Positions 1 to 12,119 of a stretch of 64,000 nt of DNA are shown piece after piece. The translations under genes were made by a program, and so were the position numbers. Each line of letters starts with the position of its first letter. Position 1 is the stretch's first letter. The notes beneath the pieces are model-generated. The model saw only the letters and a list, made by a program, of their open reading frames with translations, did no database searches and was not told where the DNA came from. Location of the stretch: NCBI GenBank assembly GCA_951406725.2, contig OX597828.1, positions 18,662,001 to 18,726,000 of the forward strand. Direction: 5' to 3'. Source of the DNA: Octopus vulgaris (lineage: Eukaryota).

Positions 1-141
1 TATTCTCCACTATTTTAGGTGTGGTCCGGGAACATTCGAATACCACAGATTACATATGCATATGCATTATGTGTATCAACATATATATGTATATATGCAT
101 GTGTATGTATATGTATGTATACATACACATGCATATATATA

Positions 142-221
142 CAAAGAATAAGTCCTGGCGTCGAATTGCTCGACTAAAAGCGGCGCTCCAGCATGGCTGC
201 AGTCAGATGACTGAAACAAAT
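142..221 (+). mobile_element. SINE family A, 3' tail fragment
   Basis: aaagaataagtcctgg...ctccagcatggctgcagtcagatgactgaaacaa matches the 3' end of the full copies at 4063-4491 and 13184-13630. Confidence 0.8.
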
Positions 222-429
222 ATATATATATATACATATACATATACATATATATACACATATATATATATACACATATACATATATATATACATATATA
301 CACGCACACGCACACATATGTATTTATACATGTATTACTTACATCATAAGGACTTTAGTAACTTTGGGAGACAGTGCAACTCGAAGTAGATAAAGCTATA
401 AATAATAGCATATAAATATATATATGTAC

Positions 430-563
<134 letters not shown>

Positions 564-1143
564 TATTATACAATATCTACGTCTAATTCACTTCTGTTGT
601 TTTTCCTGTATATTTCTTTGATTTTATGTATGTATATACGTATGTGTGTGTGTGTGTGTGTGTGTGTGTAGTCACTCATAACAACCGTACAAGTTGTTCG
701 CCTATCGCTGTTACCTTGATGTCGTGTATTTATACTAATCCTGTCTCATAATAATTAAATCATCAGTATTAATAACTGTTACTGTTGATTTAAGTTACAA
801 GTACCGAAATATAATTCTTAAATTTCGGTTGAATATCTCACAACGAGGGGTTAAAAGTGGCTTTTCATTACTGCGCTGAAGTTTTAACACATTTAGAAAT
901 TAGAGATGGCTTTTTTTTTTTTTCTTACTCTTTTTTTTCTGTGAAGTTTCCCCACTTAGTTCTAGCGGACTGGGAGAGAAATTTGAACTTTATTTGTTGA
1001 TTGTTGATAGAGCAAACACTATATTTATAAAGGACTGCGGAAGCGGTAGAGGGATTAGAGTCTTACAATGAAATGGTCACACACTTCTCTTCATCGGAGC
1101 AGAATGAAAAAGTAAAATAAAATAAAATAAAATAAAATAAAAT

Positions 1144-1194
<51 letters not shown>

Positions 1195-1307
1195 CGGGAG
1201 AGAGAGAGATAGATAGATAGATATACATACACGCACACACATATATATAGATATATGTACGTAAACACACACACACAGACACCATACACACGCACGCACA
1301 CACACAC

Positions 1308-1340
<33 letters not shown>

Positions 1341-1562
1341 GGCGTAGGCGTGAGAAGTTTGCTTCCCATCCACATAGTACCGGGTTCAGTCCCACTGCGT
1401 GGCATCTTGGGCATGTGTCTTCTACTATAGCCTCGGCCCGACCAAAGCTTTGTGAGAGGATATGGTAGACGGAAACTGAAAGAAGCCCGTAGTATTAATT
1501 TATATATAGATATAGATATATATATATATGTGTGTGTTTGTGTGTGTGTGTATGTGTGCATA

Positions 1563-2571
1563 CAGGGGTTGGACTGTGGTAGCCGGATAAGATGTTCAAC
1601 ATCACTAGAATGTTCTTCGTGCCATTCAGGAAAAACTTAAGCTGTGTGAATTGGTGCATTATCATCCTGAAATATTGCGTTTCCGTCCGGAAATAGTTCC
1701 GCAACCACAGGATGAATCTGATGAGATAAAATGCTTAAATAGACTTGATTATTAATTCTGTCATGAAGGGAAACCATTGAGCTGGCAGATTTCCAAGATA
1801 TAACCTCCCCCACCCCAGAACATTACAGATCCTCCTCCATGTTTTATAGTTGGAAGAAGGCAGTCTTGGTCAAATGCTTCATTAGGCTATCTCCATACGT
1901 ATACTCGGCCGGTGGTCGGAAATAAGGTAAAAGATGACTCGTCCGAGAAAATAACATTCTTTCACTGCTCTAGGGATCAGTTCTGTAGGTTTTTACTCCA
2001 CTCTAAACGCTTTGCAACGTTTGTTTTTGAAAGTAATGGTTTTCTGATTGCAAGCTTCTCGTGAAATCCGGCTTTGTGCAGCTCCCGAAAAACAGTTTTT
2101 GTGGAAACTGGGTTCTCGAGGCGGTCATTAAACTCTGCAGTAATTTTGGGAGCTGTACTTTTGTGATCCTTTTCGCGTAAGAGTATGACAGTCCTTATCT
2201 GAAAGTTTTGATTTTCTTCCAGAGTTTTGTTTCGACGAGGAGGTTTTCCCCTCTTTCTCAAAGGCTGCCATTACTTTCGAGACAGTACTTCTTGATACAC
2301 CCAACATTTCGGCTGTTTTCGTTATGCTAGTGCCTGCCATACGAGCACCAGCATTTGACCTTTTTGAAAGTCTGATAAATCTGTCATTTTAATGAATTTT
2401 AATTACCTTTTTCTGATGTTAACCGAAAAGAAACAGCAATTTTAGCAAAACATATTATGCAACACTAATAATAAATCAAAAAACATAAAAATAAACAAGC
2501 TTTTGACGGTTTTATAGATATTACAAAATTATGATGCCATGATGCTATTCCATTATTTCGTCCAACCCCTG
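1563..2571 (-). mobile_element. Tc1-family DNA transposon, internally deleted, TA TSD
   Basis: TIR CAGGGGTTGGAC at 1563-1574 and its reverse complement at 2560-2571; TA at 1561-62 and 2572-73; transposase remnant inside. Confidence 0.92.
1575..2387 (-). pseudogene. Tc1-like (DD34E-type) transposase pseudogene
   Basis: MTDLSDFQKG..GARMAGTSITKTAEMLGVSRSTVSKV (HTH), RKPLLSKTNVAKRLEW, NVIFSDES, IFQDDNAPIHTA; frameshifts and stops; truncated at LPQS before PDLN. Confidence 0.9.
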
Positions 2572-2801
2572 TATATGTGTGTGTGTGTGAGTTTGTATGT
2601 CTGTTTGTCCCCCCACCATCGCTTGACAACCGATGTTGGTGTGTTTACTTCCCTGACTTTGGCGGTTCGGCAAATGAGACCGACAGAATAAATAGTAGGC
2701 TTACAAAGAATAAGTGCTGGGGTTGATTTGTTCGACTAAAGGCGGTGCTCCAGCATGGCCGCAGTCAAATGACTGAAACAAATAAAAGAATGTATATATA
2801 T

Positions 2802-2839
<38 letters not shown>

Positions 2840-2844
<5 letters not shown>

Positions 2845-4026
2845 GCGGTTTTTTATGCTTCTTTTATTTTTCAAAATTAAAACAAAGTTTCGTCTATTCG
2901 GCAGATTTGCAAGGCACCTCTTCCAAAATTCACTTGTCCGTGAAGAAAAATACTCTTCCAATACTGTTCTGACCTGGTCTACAGAATTCAGGTTTTCCGT
3001 CCAAATGATTTTGATGACTGCGGAATAAATGATAATCAAATGAGGTAATGTCCGGCGTATATGGTGGGTGGGGCATCGTTTCCCATTCAAACTACTCCAG
3101 CCTTTGGAATGCCATCCTTGTTGTATGTGGTCTGACATCATTCTTATGGAAGAACACCTTTCGTCTTGAAATCAAAGATGATCGTTTTTCTTGTAGGGTT
3201 GACTTAAGCCGGTCAAGCTACTCGGAGTATTTCTCCTCTGTTATCGTTTGGTTTGTGTTTAAATGTTCAAAGTGGACTAAACCTTTCATATCCCACCAAA
3301 CAGATAACAACACCTTACGTGGGTGAAGAACTTCTTTAACCTAGGGTGTCGGTGTTTTTCTTTTCCTTACCCACTGTCGTCCGCGCTTGACAGTTTTTAT
3401 AGAGAACCCATTTTGTCGTCACCAGTCACTATTCGGTCCAAAAAAGGTTCATTCGTGAGACGTGACAGCAAAGAAGAGCACACATCCACTCTCTGAGCGC
3501 GATTAGACTCGGAAAGTTTGTGAAGAACCCATTGACCGAATTTGCTGACTTTTTCGATGGCACGCGAGTGTCGATGAATGGTTGAATGACCAATTCCAAG
3601 CTTCTCTGCTAGTTCCTCAATAGGTAAAATAGGATCTTTCTTTCACCAGGGTTTGCTGGACGTTCTCGTCAAGCCCTACAGATCTTCCAGGGTGAGGCTC
3701 GTCTTCTAGACTATAGTTTCCAGCTCGAAATTTCAACGGTGGTTGACACTGGCTTGCGCATATTGTCTGAACACCATAACCGTTGCGTTGTTGCCATTAT
3801 GGAACTCATAAAGTAATATATACGGAATATGCTCCTTTGTCGTTTCCATTAAAGCTTTCAAAATATAACTGTTAAAATCGAACTGCACTCTTCAAAACTT
3901 GCACTGAGAATAAGGACAAGGTAAAATTATTATTTGCTTTTATAGCAAGTTAATGCAAATAGTTTGTCTCGTCCTCCTCCGACTTTTAGTTCATGCAACT
4001 GAAAAGACCGTATTATTCATGGGATG

Positions 4027-4032
<6 letters not shown>
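2840..4032 (-). mobile_element. mariner (DD34D) transposon with pseudogenised transposase (ATG at 3849)
   Basis: METTKEHIPYILLYEFHNG, QWVLHKL (WVPHEL-like), DRIVTGDD, PPYTPDITSFDYHLFRS (YSPDLAP.D-like); right TIR ...accgtattattcatgggatgaccc, left TIR eroded to taatgcggtt inside (TA)n. Confidence 0.9.
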
Positions 4033-4062
<30 letters not shown>

Positions 4063-4064
<2 letters not shown>

Positions 4065-4491
4065 TGCAGGAGTGGCTGTGTGGTAAGAAATAGCTTGATT
4101 ACCAACCACATGGTTCCGGGTTCAGTCCCACTGCGTGGCACCTTGGGCAAGTGTCTTCTACTACAGCCTCGGACCGACCAAAGCCTTGTGAGTGGATTTG
4201 GTAGACGGAAACTGAAAGAAGCCCGCCATATATATATATATGTGTGTGTGTGAGAGAGAGAGAGAGTGTGTGAGTGTGAGTGTGTGTATGTGTGTGTATA
4301 TGTCTGTTCCCCCACCAATCGCTTGACAACCGGTGTTGGTGTGTTTACGTCCCCGTAACTTAGCGGTCGGGCAAAAGGGACTGATAGAATAAGTACTATG
4401 CGTACAAAGAATAAGTCCTGGGGTCGATTTGCTCGACTAAAGGCGATGCTCCAGCATGGCCGCAGTCAAATGACTGAAACAAGTAAAAGAA
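4063..4491 (+). mobile_element. SINE family A, full length with internal microsatellite
   Basis: A-box tggctgtgtgg, B-box gggttcagtccc, CORE-like accttgggcaagtgtctt, internal (TA)/(TG)/(GA), tail gactgaaacaagtaaaagaat. Confidence 0.9.
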
Positions 4492-4588
<97 letters not shown>

Positions 4589-5181
4589 CCTGCGCGTGTT
4601 TGTGTGTGTGTGTTTGTTTATGTCCCCACTGCCGCTCTACAACCAATTCTACTTCGTTTACGTACCCCCATAACTTGGCGATAGAAAAGCTTAGAAAAAA
4701 AGTAATAAGTATTGGAATCGATTTGTTGGACGAAACCCTCCAAGACAGTAACTCAAAATGGCAGTAGTTGAATGACTGAAGTCGGTAGAATACAAAATAT
4801 ATGTCCAGTAAGTTCACTGTCATCAATTAACCGTTTTTCTTTTCTTTTTTTTTTCCTTTTTCTCCCAGTAGTATAACAATGGGAAAAAAACGGAAATGAG
4901 AATAATTTTTTCTATGGGGTTTTTGTGTGTAGATCACAAATATAACATCCGTTTCCTTCTGTCACTCCCTAGTTTATCGTAAATTACCATTTTACTTACG
5001 TTAAATAGACTTCTGGTTCCGTAAGAATTGAGTGCAAACAGGATTGGGACGAAACTTACAACTCTAAAAGTTATGAACGTGGTTTTCCTAAGGTATTTGT
5101 CAACGTAACCTATGAAAATTATAAGAGTACACTCAATATTTTTATAGTTATCTGGGTCCAAACCCGTGGTGAATCTGACAA

Positions 5182-6580
5182 GGAACCACAGGTCATCACC
5201 CAACCTGAACTCAATGACCCAGTTCATGAGCTAACACTAACTAAGCAACAGAGTAGGAAAACTGGTCTCACGTCTGCAACAATGGAACCTGTTGGATAAA
5301 GAGGCTCGAATTACAGTATTTTGGAAGCGTTCTACAGATCTACAATAATTCTTCGCTTTGGAAAACAACTTGACTTATTGTAATGATATCAGAGACCTAT
5401 TCAATGCCCTTGAGCTAATCTATGAACCAAAAGAATGGAGGTAATTCATAGATGCATCCCTTTACAGTATAAAAGCACATTGGGAACACCATGCCTTCAG
5501 TTCCAATTGCTCACTTAATCATTTTAAGAGAGATATGTGAGAACCTCGTTTTTATTCTAGACCGCATACGTTACAAGGAGTAAGAGAGGCTAATTTCTGC
5601 GGACTTGAAAATGGGAGCCCTACTTAATGGGCTACAAACGGGATACACCAAGGTTATGTGCTTCCTTTGCAGGTGGAACAGTAGGGCCAGATCAGAACAT
5701 TATGTATACTCAGAATGGCCACCTCGGGAAACTATGACGCCGAGATGCCATAATGTAAACCACGAGCCACTAGTTAAGAACGAGAAAATAATTTTGCTAC
5801 TACTGCATATAAAACTAGGCCTAATGAAGCAATTTACCAAAGCACTGCAACATAACAAGCCATGTTTCCAGTACCTAAGGCGATCTTCCCTAAAATAAGT
5901 GATGCCAAGATTAAAGAAGGCATATTCGTAGGCCCTCAGATTCGTCAACTTAAAGCTGATGAGGACTTCGAGGCGAGAATGAATGAAACTGAACTAGCGG
6001 CCTGGCATGCATTCAAAGATATGTGCAAAGGACTTTTAGGAAAACACCAAGCGGCCCAATGAGAGAGTATATACCGGAGAGACTAATCAAGTGTGACCAA
6101 GATCTCGGATGCAGTATGTCACTGAAGATACACTTTCTTTATTCTCATCTGTCCATCCTCTCAGAGAATGCAAGAGATGTGCGTGATGAACATGGAGAGA
6201 GGTTCCATCAAGATATAGCGTCAATAGAAAACAGGTATAAGGGAAAATAGAAGACGGTGAGCTGGCAGAAACGTTAGCACGCCGGGCGAAATGCTTTGTG
6301 GTATTTCGTCTGCCGTTACGTTCTGAGTTCAAATTCCGCCGAGGTCGACTTTGCCTTTCATCCTTTCGGGGTCGATTAAATAAGTACAATTACGCACTGG
6401 GGTCGATATAATCGACTTAATTCGTATGTCTGTCATTGTTTGCCCTCTCTGCGTTTAGCCCTTGTAGGTAGTAAAGAAATAGGTATAAGGGAAAATGAAG
6501 CCTAGTTATGCTAGCTGACTTCTGCTGGAACCTGAAGCGTCACACACTCGAGGCATCTTATAAACGAAGAAGTAAATACT
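5182..6580 (+). pseudogene. Chapaev3-type transposase pseudogene (frameshifted, SINE-interrupted)
   Basis: Motifs ITQPELND..SRLQQWNLL, EWR.FIDAS, GLQTGYTK.MCFLC.W.SRAR, LHIKLGLMK.F.KAL, AKIKEGIFVGPQIR, LGC.MSLKIHFL.SHL, DEHGERFHQDI..E.RYKGK, MLADFCW. Confidence 0.85.
6249..6480 (+). mobile_element. SINE family B2, full length, 16-bp TSD
   Basis: Head ggtgagctggcagaaacgttagc, B-box gagttcaaattcc, body gtcgactttgcctttcatcctttcggggtcgat, tail gtaaagaaat; TSD aggtataagggaaaat at 6233-6248 and 6481-6496. Confidence 0.93.
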
Positions 6581-7487
6581 AAAATGTCGGTTAATACATT
6601 ATATAATGCTACCGAACATGCTGATTCATTCTATATTTAAGAATTAATTACAATGGAGATATTTAATCTGACTTTGGGAGCAAAATAAATTAATGGTGTC
6701 ATGGAAATTGATATAAACTACATAGTTATTAAAGTCGATAATTTACAAGAAAATGCGACGTGATGGGAAATTTTTGTTATAAAACTCGAATTTAGCACAA
6801 TCAACTTCATAAAAGAATGTACATGAGAACTATGTTCTTTTCCTGACCCTGAAATTTGTTGTACTGTGCTATTAATGGTGAGATATTATGGATGTATTTT
6901 CTCGGTGAACTTACTTCACGGTGAATTGATGGCGGCGAACTTAGCAAACAAAATATATTGCAATTAACGGTAATATGTATGTTTAGCTTAAACACGGCTT
7001 AGAGCACAATTGCCAGCGATGTTAGGCCCCCTCTAGTAATTATATTTTATTTTATATAGATTATGAGCAGTTGACCTCCACCGGAGTCTGTATGACATTC
7101 GGGAAGCCATTTAAAATTTGGTTGTAAAAATTTATGCGCAATAAACTTGCTCTGCTTTTAGAATACACAAAATACTTTAATAATGTTTTTAAAAAATTAT
7201 AAATAATATTTAATTATAAAAACCCAAATGGATTCTTTTAAATATCGAATGGCTGTGAGGGTCCAAAGAAAACAAAGGGGTCCATAGGTAAAAAAAAAAA
7301 TGACACTGATCATGAGGAAAAAACAGGAGTGGGGTGTGGTGGCAGGTAGGAAACAGAAAGGTTTCAAATGTAGCCAAACAGGGGCCATTCGAAAGCTTTC
7401 TTCTCCCAAAGACACCAAAAGCAAAAGCAACAACGGTAACAACAAATTTCATAGTTGCTACAAATAAAATCACAACAAAACTAGATA

Positions 7488-8460
7488 CTGAGTTGAGTCA
7501 TAAATAATTTCCGATTTTGTTTAACACCGTTACTCATGAAAACATTTTACAGAGAATTATTCTCAATTATTAGCATAATTGCCATTATTTTGAATGACCT
7601 ATTGCCGTTTATCAAGTAGCGTTTTGATTCCTCTCGAGTAAAAATTCAGTTGTCTTCGACACGAAGAAGCTTTTCCACATACGTTTTCACTTGATCTTTT
7701 TGAGAAAAAAATGTTTCCCCATTATTTTGCAGTCAGCGAGAAAAACAGAAAGCTTATTAACTTTTCTTATCTTTTCCAAGTGGCGGCAAATGATGGAATG
7801 GGATGTGTTGAGGTCAATTGCTAATTCCCAAGTACTTTTACGAGGATTGCATTCCACTAATTCTCTTCAAACATCTTCATCGAAGTCTGATGATCGTTCA
7901 GATCTGGGTTGATCTCTCATAGACAAATCTCCGAAACAAAATTTCGAAAACCAATCTCGCATTTACCAGTCAGTAACGTCACTTCGGCTATATATACTGT
8001 ACATTCTCTTCTCGACTTTGCCTTTCATCCTTTCGGGGTCGATAAATTAAGTACCAGTTACGCACTGGGGTAGATGTAATCGACTTAATCCGTTTGTCTG
8101 TCCTTGTTTGTTCCCGCTATGCTTAGCCCCTCGTGGGTAATAAAGAAACATATATATACTGTACATTCTCTTATCTGTTTCAGTGGCGTTTTTTGTCGTG
8201 TTTTTTTTTTGGGGGGGGGGGGCATTTTTTTTATCATTCTTAAACTCCCACAGCATCACGTGCTGAATATGCACTTTCAGTTCAACCATTTTAAGGGAGG
8301 TGGTGAAGCTTATGATGTACCCGCTTCCACTGCTTACATATGAATGATAGATGAAGCTCTTTTAAAAATGGTGGATTCCAATTCAGGTTTGAACATATGA
8401 AGTTACAAATGTGTCGTTACAATTTACTGCCAAAAAACGGAAATATTAATGAATTATTAG
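7488..8460 (-). mobile_element. Degenerate mariner element with internal deletion
   Basis: N-terminal MVELKVHIQHVMLWEFKN, then ELVECNPRKSTWELAIDLNTSHSIICRHL..K, followed directly by C-terminal remnants; TIR-like ataaataatttccgatttt near 7500 and aaaacggaaatattaatg near 8434. Confidence 0.7.
8011..8150 (+). mobile_element. 5'-truncated SINE B2 with 22-bp TSD, inside the mariner
   Basis: TSD tatatatactgtacattctctt at 7989-8010 and 8151-8172. Confidence 0.9.
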
Positions 8461-8495
8461 GGCTATTAATGTAATTGATAATTAGACAAATTATA

Positions 8496-8710
8496 AGGCA
8501 GTGAGCTGGCAGAATCGTCAATACGTCGGACGAAATGCTTAGTAGCATTTCGTCTGTCATTACGTTCTGAGTTCAAATTCCGCTGAAGTCGACTTTGCCT
8601 TTCTTCTCTTTCGGGGTCGATAAAATAAGTACCAGCTGAGCACTGGGCTTGTTGTAATCGACTGACCCTCTCACCTGTAACTGCTGGCCATGTGCCGAAA
8701 TTTGAAAGCG
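8496..8710 (+). mobile_element. SINE family B1 (alternative tail)
   Basis: B head and body with tail ctgctggccatgtgccgaaatttgaaa. Confidence 0.85.
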
Positions 8711-9097
8711 ATAATTAGACATCATAACAAATCTTCAACAAAATAAAAGGCAAAGACACACTGACAGGATTAGATCCACGTATCTACTTTTTGCTGTGTG
8801 AATGCATTACCGACAGTATCTACTGAGAATTGATACTGTAGTGTGTTTTTTACTCATTTAACTGCACTATTTTATTTGCATAAAATAATTATTTAATTAT
8901 GCTGCCATTTGTTCAAAGCTCAAATCCTGGTGATATTGATTTCGCCTTGTGTCGTTCCGGAGGTCAATTAAATCAACTACATCCTTTGCCCCCCATATCT
9001 GCGGATTTCTGCATACATGACGTAATGCGCATACACATTCTATATACGTAATAGTATAAATGCACACGCACATACACACACGCACGTATATACACAC

Positions 9098-9162
<65 letters not shown>

Positions 9163-9222
9163 AAACGCACTCGTTTTATGCATACGTGTGTGTATGTACG
9201 TATATATATGCATATAGAGAAG

Positions 9223-9289
<67 letters not shown>

Positions 9290-9559
9290 GGATAGATGGA
9301 TGGATAATGATGTGTGTGTATTTGCGCATGCGATCACAGAAGGAAACGTGCGTGCGATAATCACATTACCTTTAGCTGTGATCCTTAATTCCATTTATTA
9401 CTGACATGCTGTTCCTTTTCGAGAAGCTGATTTAAATAGCATACGGTGGGTCTACATTAACTTCATAGCCAAAGTTATAAAACACAACGCTAATTTAACT
9501 TGTAATAACTTCATAAAAAATTATCCAAAGTAAATGAAGATTCTCTCATTATTTTGTAG

Positions 9560-10660
9560 GCCCTCTTTTAGCTAATATCTTGGCTTTTACCCGATTAGGC
9601 ATGGATTTGATTAAATTATGAGTGACAGACTGATCCATGTTTATCCACTCTTCTGTCAATGCTTCTTTCAGCTCTGTAATTGATGTTATTTTCGACTATC
9701 TTGCTCGCAATCTGCTATCAAGATGTTCCTATATGTGTTCTATTGTATTAAGATCGAGGTTTTGAACAACCCAATTCAGTGATTCAATTCAGAGTTATTT
9801 CCTAAGCTTGTATGACAGGGAGCTCCATCTTCTTGAGAAAGAAAAAAAAACGCTGGCCTTCCTGTTAATTTCTACATTAGAATAGATATGTAATAAACCT
9901 TTTTCAAGTATTTGACTTGACAGGATTTGGAGGGCGTCATTTAAATGATTTTCAACAAAAATTAGTTTGAGCATCCCATTTCAGTGATTCGATTCCACGA
10001 CTCATTTTCTTTGTTTATTGTTGCGAAAGGCTCTATTCTGCTTCAAAAAAGGTTTTCTTGTTAATTTCAACATAAGACAACATAAGTAATAAACCCTTTT
10101 CAAGTATTTGACCTGACAGTATTTGGGGCCATTTAAGTGATTTTGAACAAAAATTGGTTTGAGCAGCCCATTTCGATGATTCGATTCCGTGAGTTATTTT
10201 CTAAGCATGTAAGGCAGGAGGCACTAATTCTTCTTGAAAAAAAAGTCTTGTCAATTTGTACATTAGAATAGATAGCAAATAAACCCTTTTCAAGTATTTG
10301 TCTTGACAATATTTTGGGCCTCTCAACAACCATTAATTCCTATCTGTGTATCGTATAAACTGCTCCCCTATACCATAACTCCAACTCTTCCATGTTTTAT
10401 TGTTCGTTGCAAAGAATTCGGATCCCATGCTTCAGTTTTGTTCAACTGCCTTGAATTGGAAAATATGGAAGAATTTGCTTTCATTGAACCATATCAACTG
10501 TGACCAAAATTCGTCTTCCTTGTTACAGGAATCTTCAGTCCAGTTGAACCGTTGGTCTTATTAAGCTTTTTAAATCATCGAGTTCTTCCTTGCAACGCTT
10601 CATTGATATTCAAGGTCTTTTGATATTATTCTCATGCAACACGCTCAAATATCAAAAGAA
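9560..10660 (-). pseudogene. Highly degraded Tc1-like transposase with internal triplication
   Basis: Minus strand WSQLIWFNE (W..VIWSDE-like) near 10480-10506, VMV*G near 10365-10380, WVVQNLDLNTIEHI (WPAQSPDLNPIEH-like) near 9730-9774; boundaries approximate. Confidence 0.6.
9761..10320. repeat. Three diverged ~190-bp tandem units
   Basis: aataaacc(t/c)ttttcaagtatttg.c.tgaca recurs near 9893, 10088 and 10278; units start at about 9761, 9949 and 10141. Confidence 0.8.
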
Positions 10661-11092
10661 TCTGCAATCTTTCTAACAACTGTATATTGATATTTCATAA
10701 TATTAACAGTTATCGCCAAGCTAATATGGCAATCCATAAATATAGGACGAAAGCTGCCGTTGATTAGCTCCAAGAGGCCATAATATCCAGTACCGCTGCC
10801 GTAGTCTCCTTTAGAGAGACTTAGAAATAATAATATTTCGATATTTCATAACTTCCCGCTAAACTCCTCTCTCTACTCCCTTAAAAACCTTCTGCGGGCC
10901 CCCAGATGTCTTTTTTACTTGGAAATGTTCTTCTTTAATCGAAATCTTCACAATGCTATTCGCTGTTCGATTATTAATACCGAAAAATTTCAAAATTTCT
11001 CGATGACTTGCACATTTGTAAATTCCTTCATATCTCCATAGTTTTCATTGTTGTTTATCAAAACTTTGAACCCAATTTGAGCCCAATATTAA

Positions 11093-11503
11093 TTTATTTC
11101 TTTATTGCCCACAGGGGGCTAAACATAGAGACAACAAACAAAGGGATTAAGTCGATTAAATCGACCCAAGTGCGTAACTGGTACTTATTTAATCGACTCC
11201 GAAAAGATGAAAGGCAAAGTCGACCTCGGCGGAATTTGAATTCAGAACGTAGCGGCAGACGAAATACCTATTTCTTTACTACCCACAAGGGGCTAAACAC
11301 AAAGAAGACAAACAAGGACAGACAAACGGATTAAGTCGATTATATCGACCCTAGTGCGTAACTGGTACTTAATTTATCGACCTCGAAAGGATGAAAGGCA
11401 AAGTCGACCTCGGCGGAATTTGAACTAAGAACGTAACGCCAGACGAAATACCGCTAAGCATTTCGCCCGGCGTGCTTAACGTTTATGCCAGCTCGCTGCC
11501 TTA
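11093..11503 (-). mobile_element. SINE B2-B2 head-to-tail dimer
   Basis: Full copy 11503 to 11269 whose tail is joined directly to ggtatttcgtc of a second, headless unit 11268 to 11093. Confidence 0.9.
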
Positions 11504-11587
11504 ATATTAATGTAAGATCGATGGTGCTGCCTAATATTCAGGTAAGATCGATGGCGCCGTCTAATATTAAGGTAAGATCAATGGCGA
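11502..11587. repeat. 30-bp tandem repeat x3
   Basis: taatatt(a/c)a(t/g)gtaagatc(g/a)atgg.g..g.. at 11502, 11532 and 11562; related sequence again near 11796-11825. Confidence 0.8.
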
Positions 11588-11790
11588 CGAACTGGCAGAA
11601 TTAATAGCATAACAGGCAAAACGATAAGCAGCATTCCACCCGTCTTCGTGTTCTGAGTTCAAATTCCGCCGATACCGTTCATCCTTTTATCGGAGTCGAT
11701 AAAATAAGTGTCAGTTTAGCTGGGGTCTATGTAACCGACTTACCCACCGTCCTGAAATTGCTGGCCTTGTTCCAGAATTTGAAACCAATA
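11583..11790 (+). mobile_element. SINE family B1
   Basis: B head ggcgacgaactggcagaa, B-box, tail aaattgctggccttgttccagaatttgaaacc. Confidence 0.8.
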
Positions 11791-12119
11791 TAACCAATAT
11801 TAATGCAAAATCGAATGGTGGCCTCTTAGAGGTACAAGATACTTTCTTGCGTTAGAAATTTGCGATCACGGAAGAGAGATCCAAAATTCTCCGCAGCCTT
11901 TATGGTAAAGGAATGAATATATTTGTTCCAAGAGATTGGTACTTTATTTCTTGGTCTCTGAATAGATGACAAGCAAAGTTTGATCTCAACATATTGGAAC
12001 TGTGATCGTGGAGAATCGAAGGAATTTCGCTAAGCAATGAATCGGACACTGTAACGACTCCGCCAAATAGCCGTCTTGAAAAGTTACATACAGGGGGGGG
12101 GGTACTGTTGGAAATTCTT

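Larger units (their letters stand above)
1341..2790 (+). mobile_element. SINE family A (tRNA-derived, CORE-like) split by a Tc1 insertion: 5' half 1341-1490, 3' half about 2596-2790
   Basis: Head with B-box-like gggttcagtccc and CORE-like ttgggcatgtgtctt; the body resumes after 2573 with catcgcttgacaaccgatgttgg...gactgaaacaa. Confidence 0.85.
4866..6868 (+). mobile_element. Chapaev3-like (CMC superfamily) DNA transposon, internally deleted
   Basis: Right terminus ...tttgttgtactgtg (CAC terminus on the minus strand), imperfect subterminal inverted motifs near 4950-4985 and 6740-6775, transposase fragments inside; left terminus degenerate. Confidence 0.7.
4803..6949. mobile_element. MULE-like MITE (outer host of a nest), 9-bp TSD
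   Basis: Left end gtccagtaagttcactgtcatcaattaaccg and right end cggtgaattgatggcggcgaacttagcaaac are imperfect inverted repeats; aaaatatat duplicated at 4794-4802 and 6950-6958; 6874-6945 is the reverse complement of part of the 27965 element. Confidence 0.65.

Noticed and set aside
5605-6250. Host gene or domesticated RAG1-like gene
   Set aside because: Multiple frameshifts and stops, missing N-terminus and transposon termini indicate a dead Chapaev3-like transposase.
11502-11590. CRISPR-like 30-bp repeats
   Set aside because: Units are contiguous without unique spacers, there are no cas genes, and the DNA is eukaryotic.
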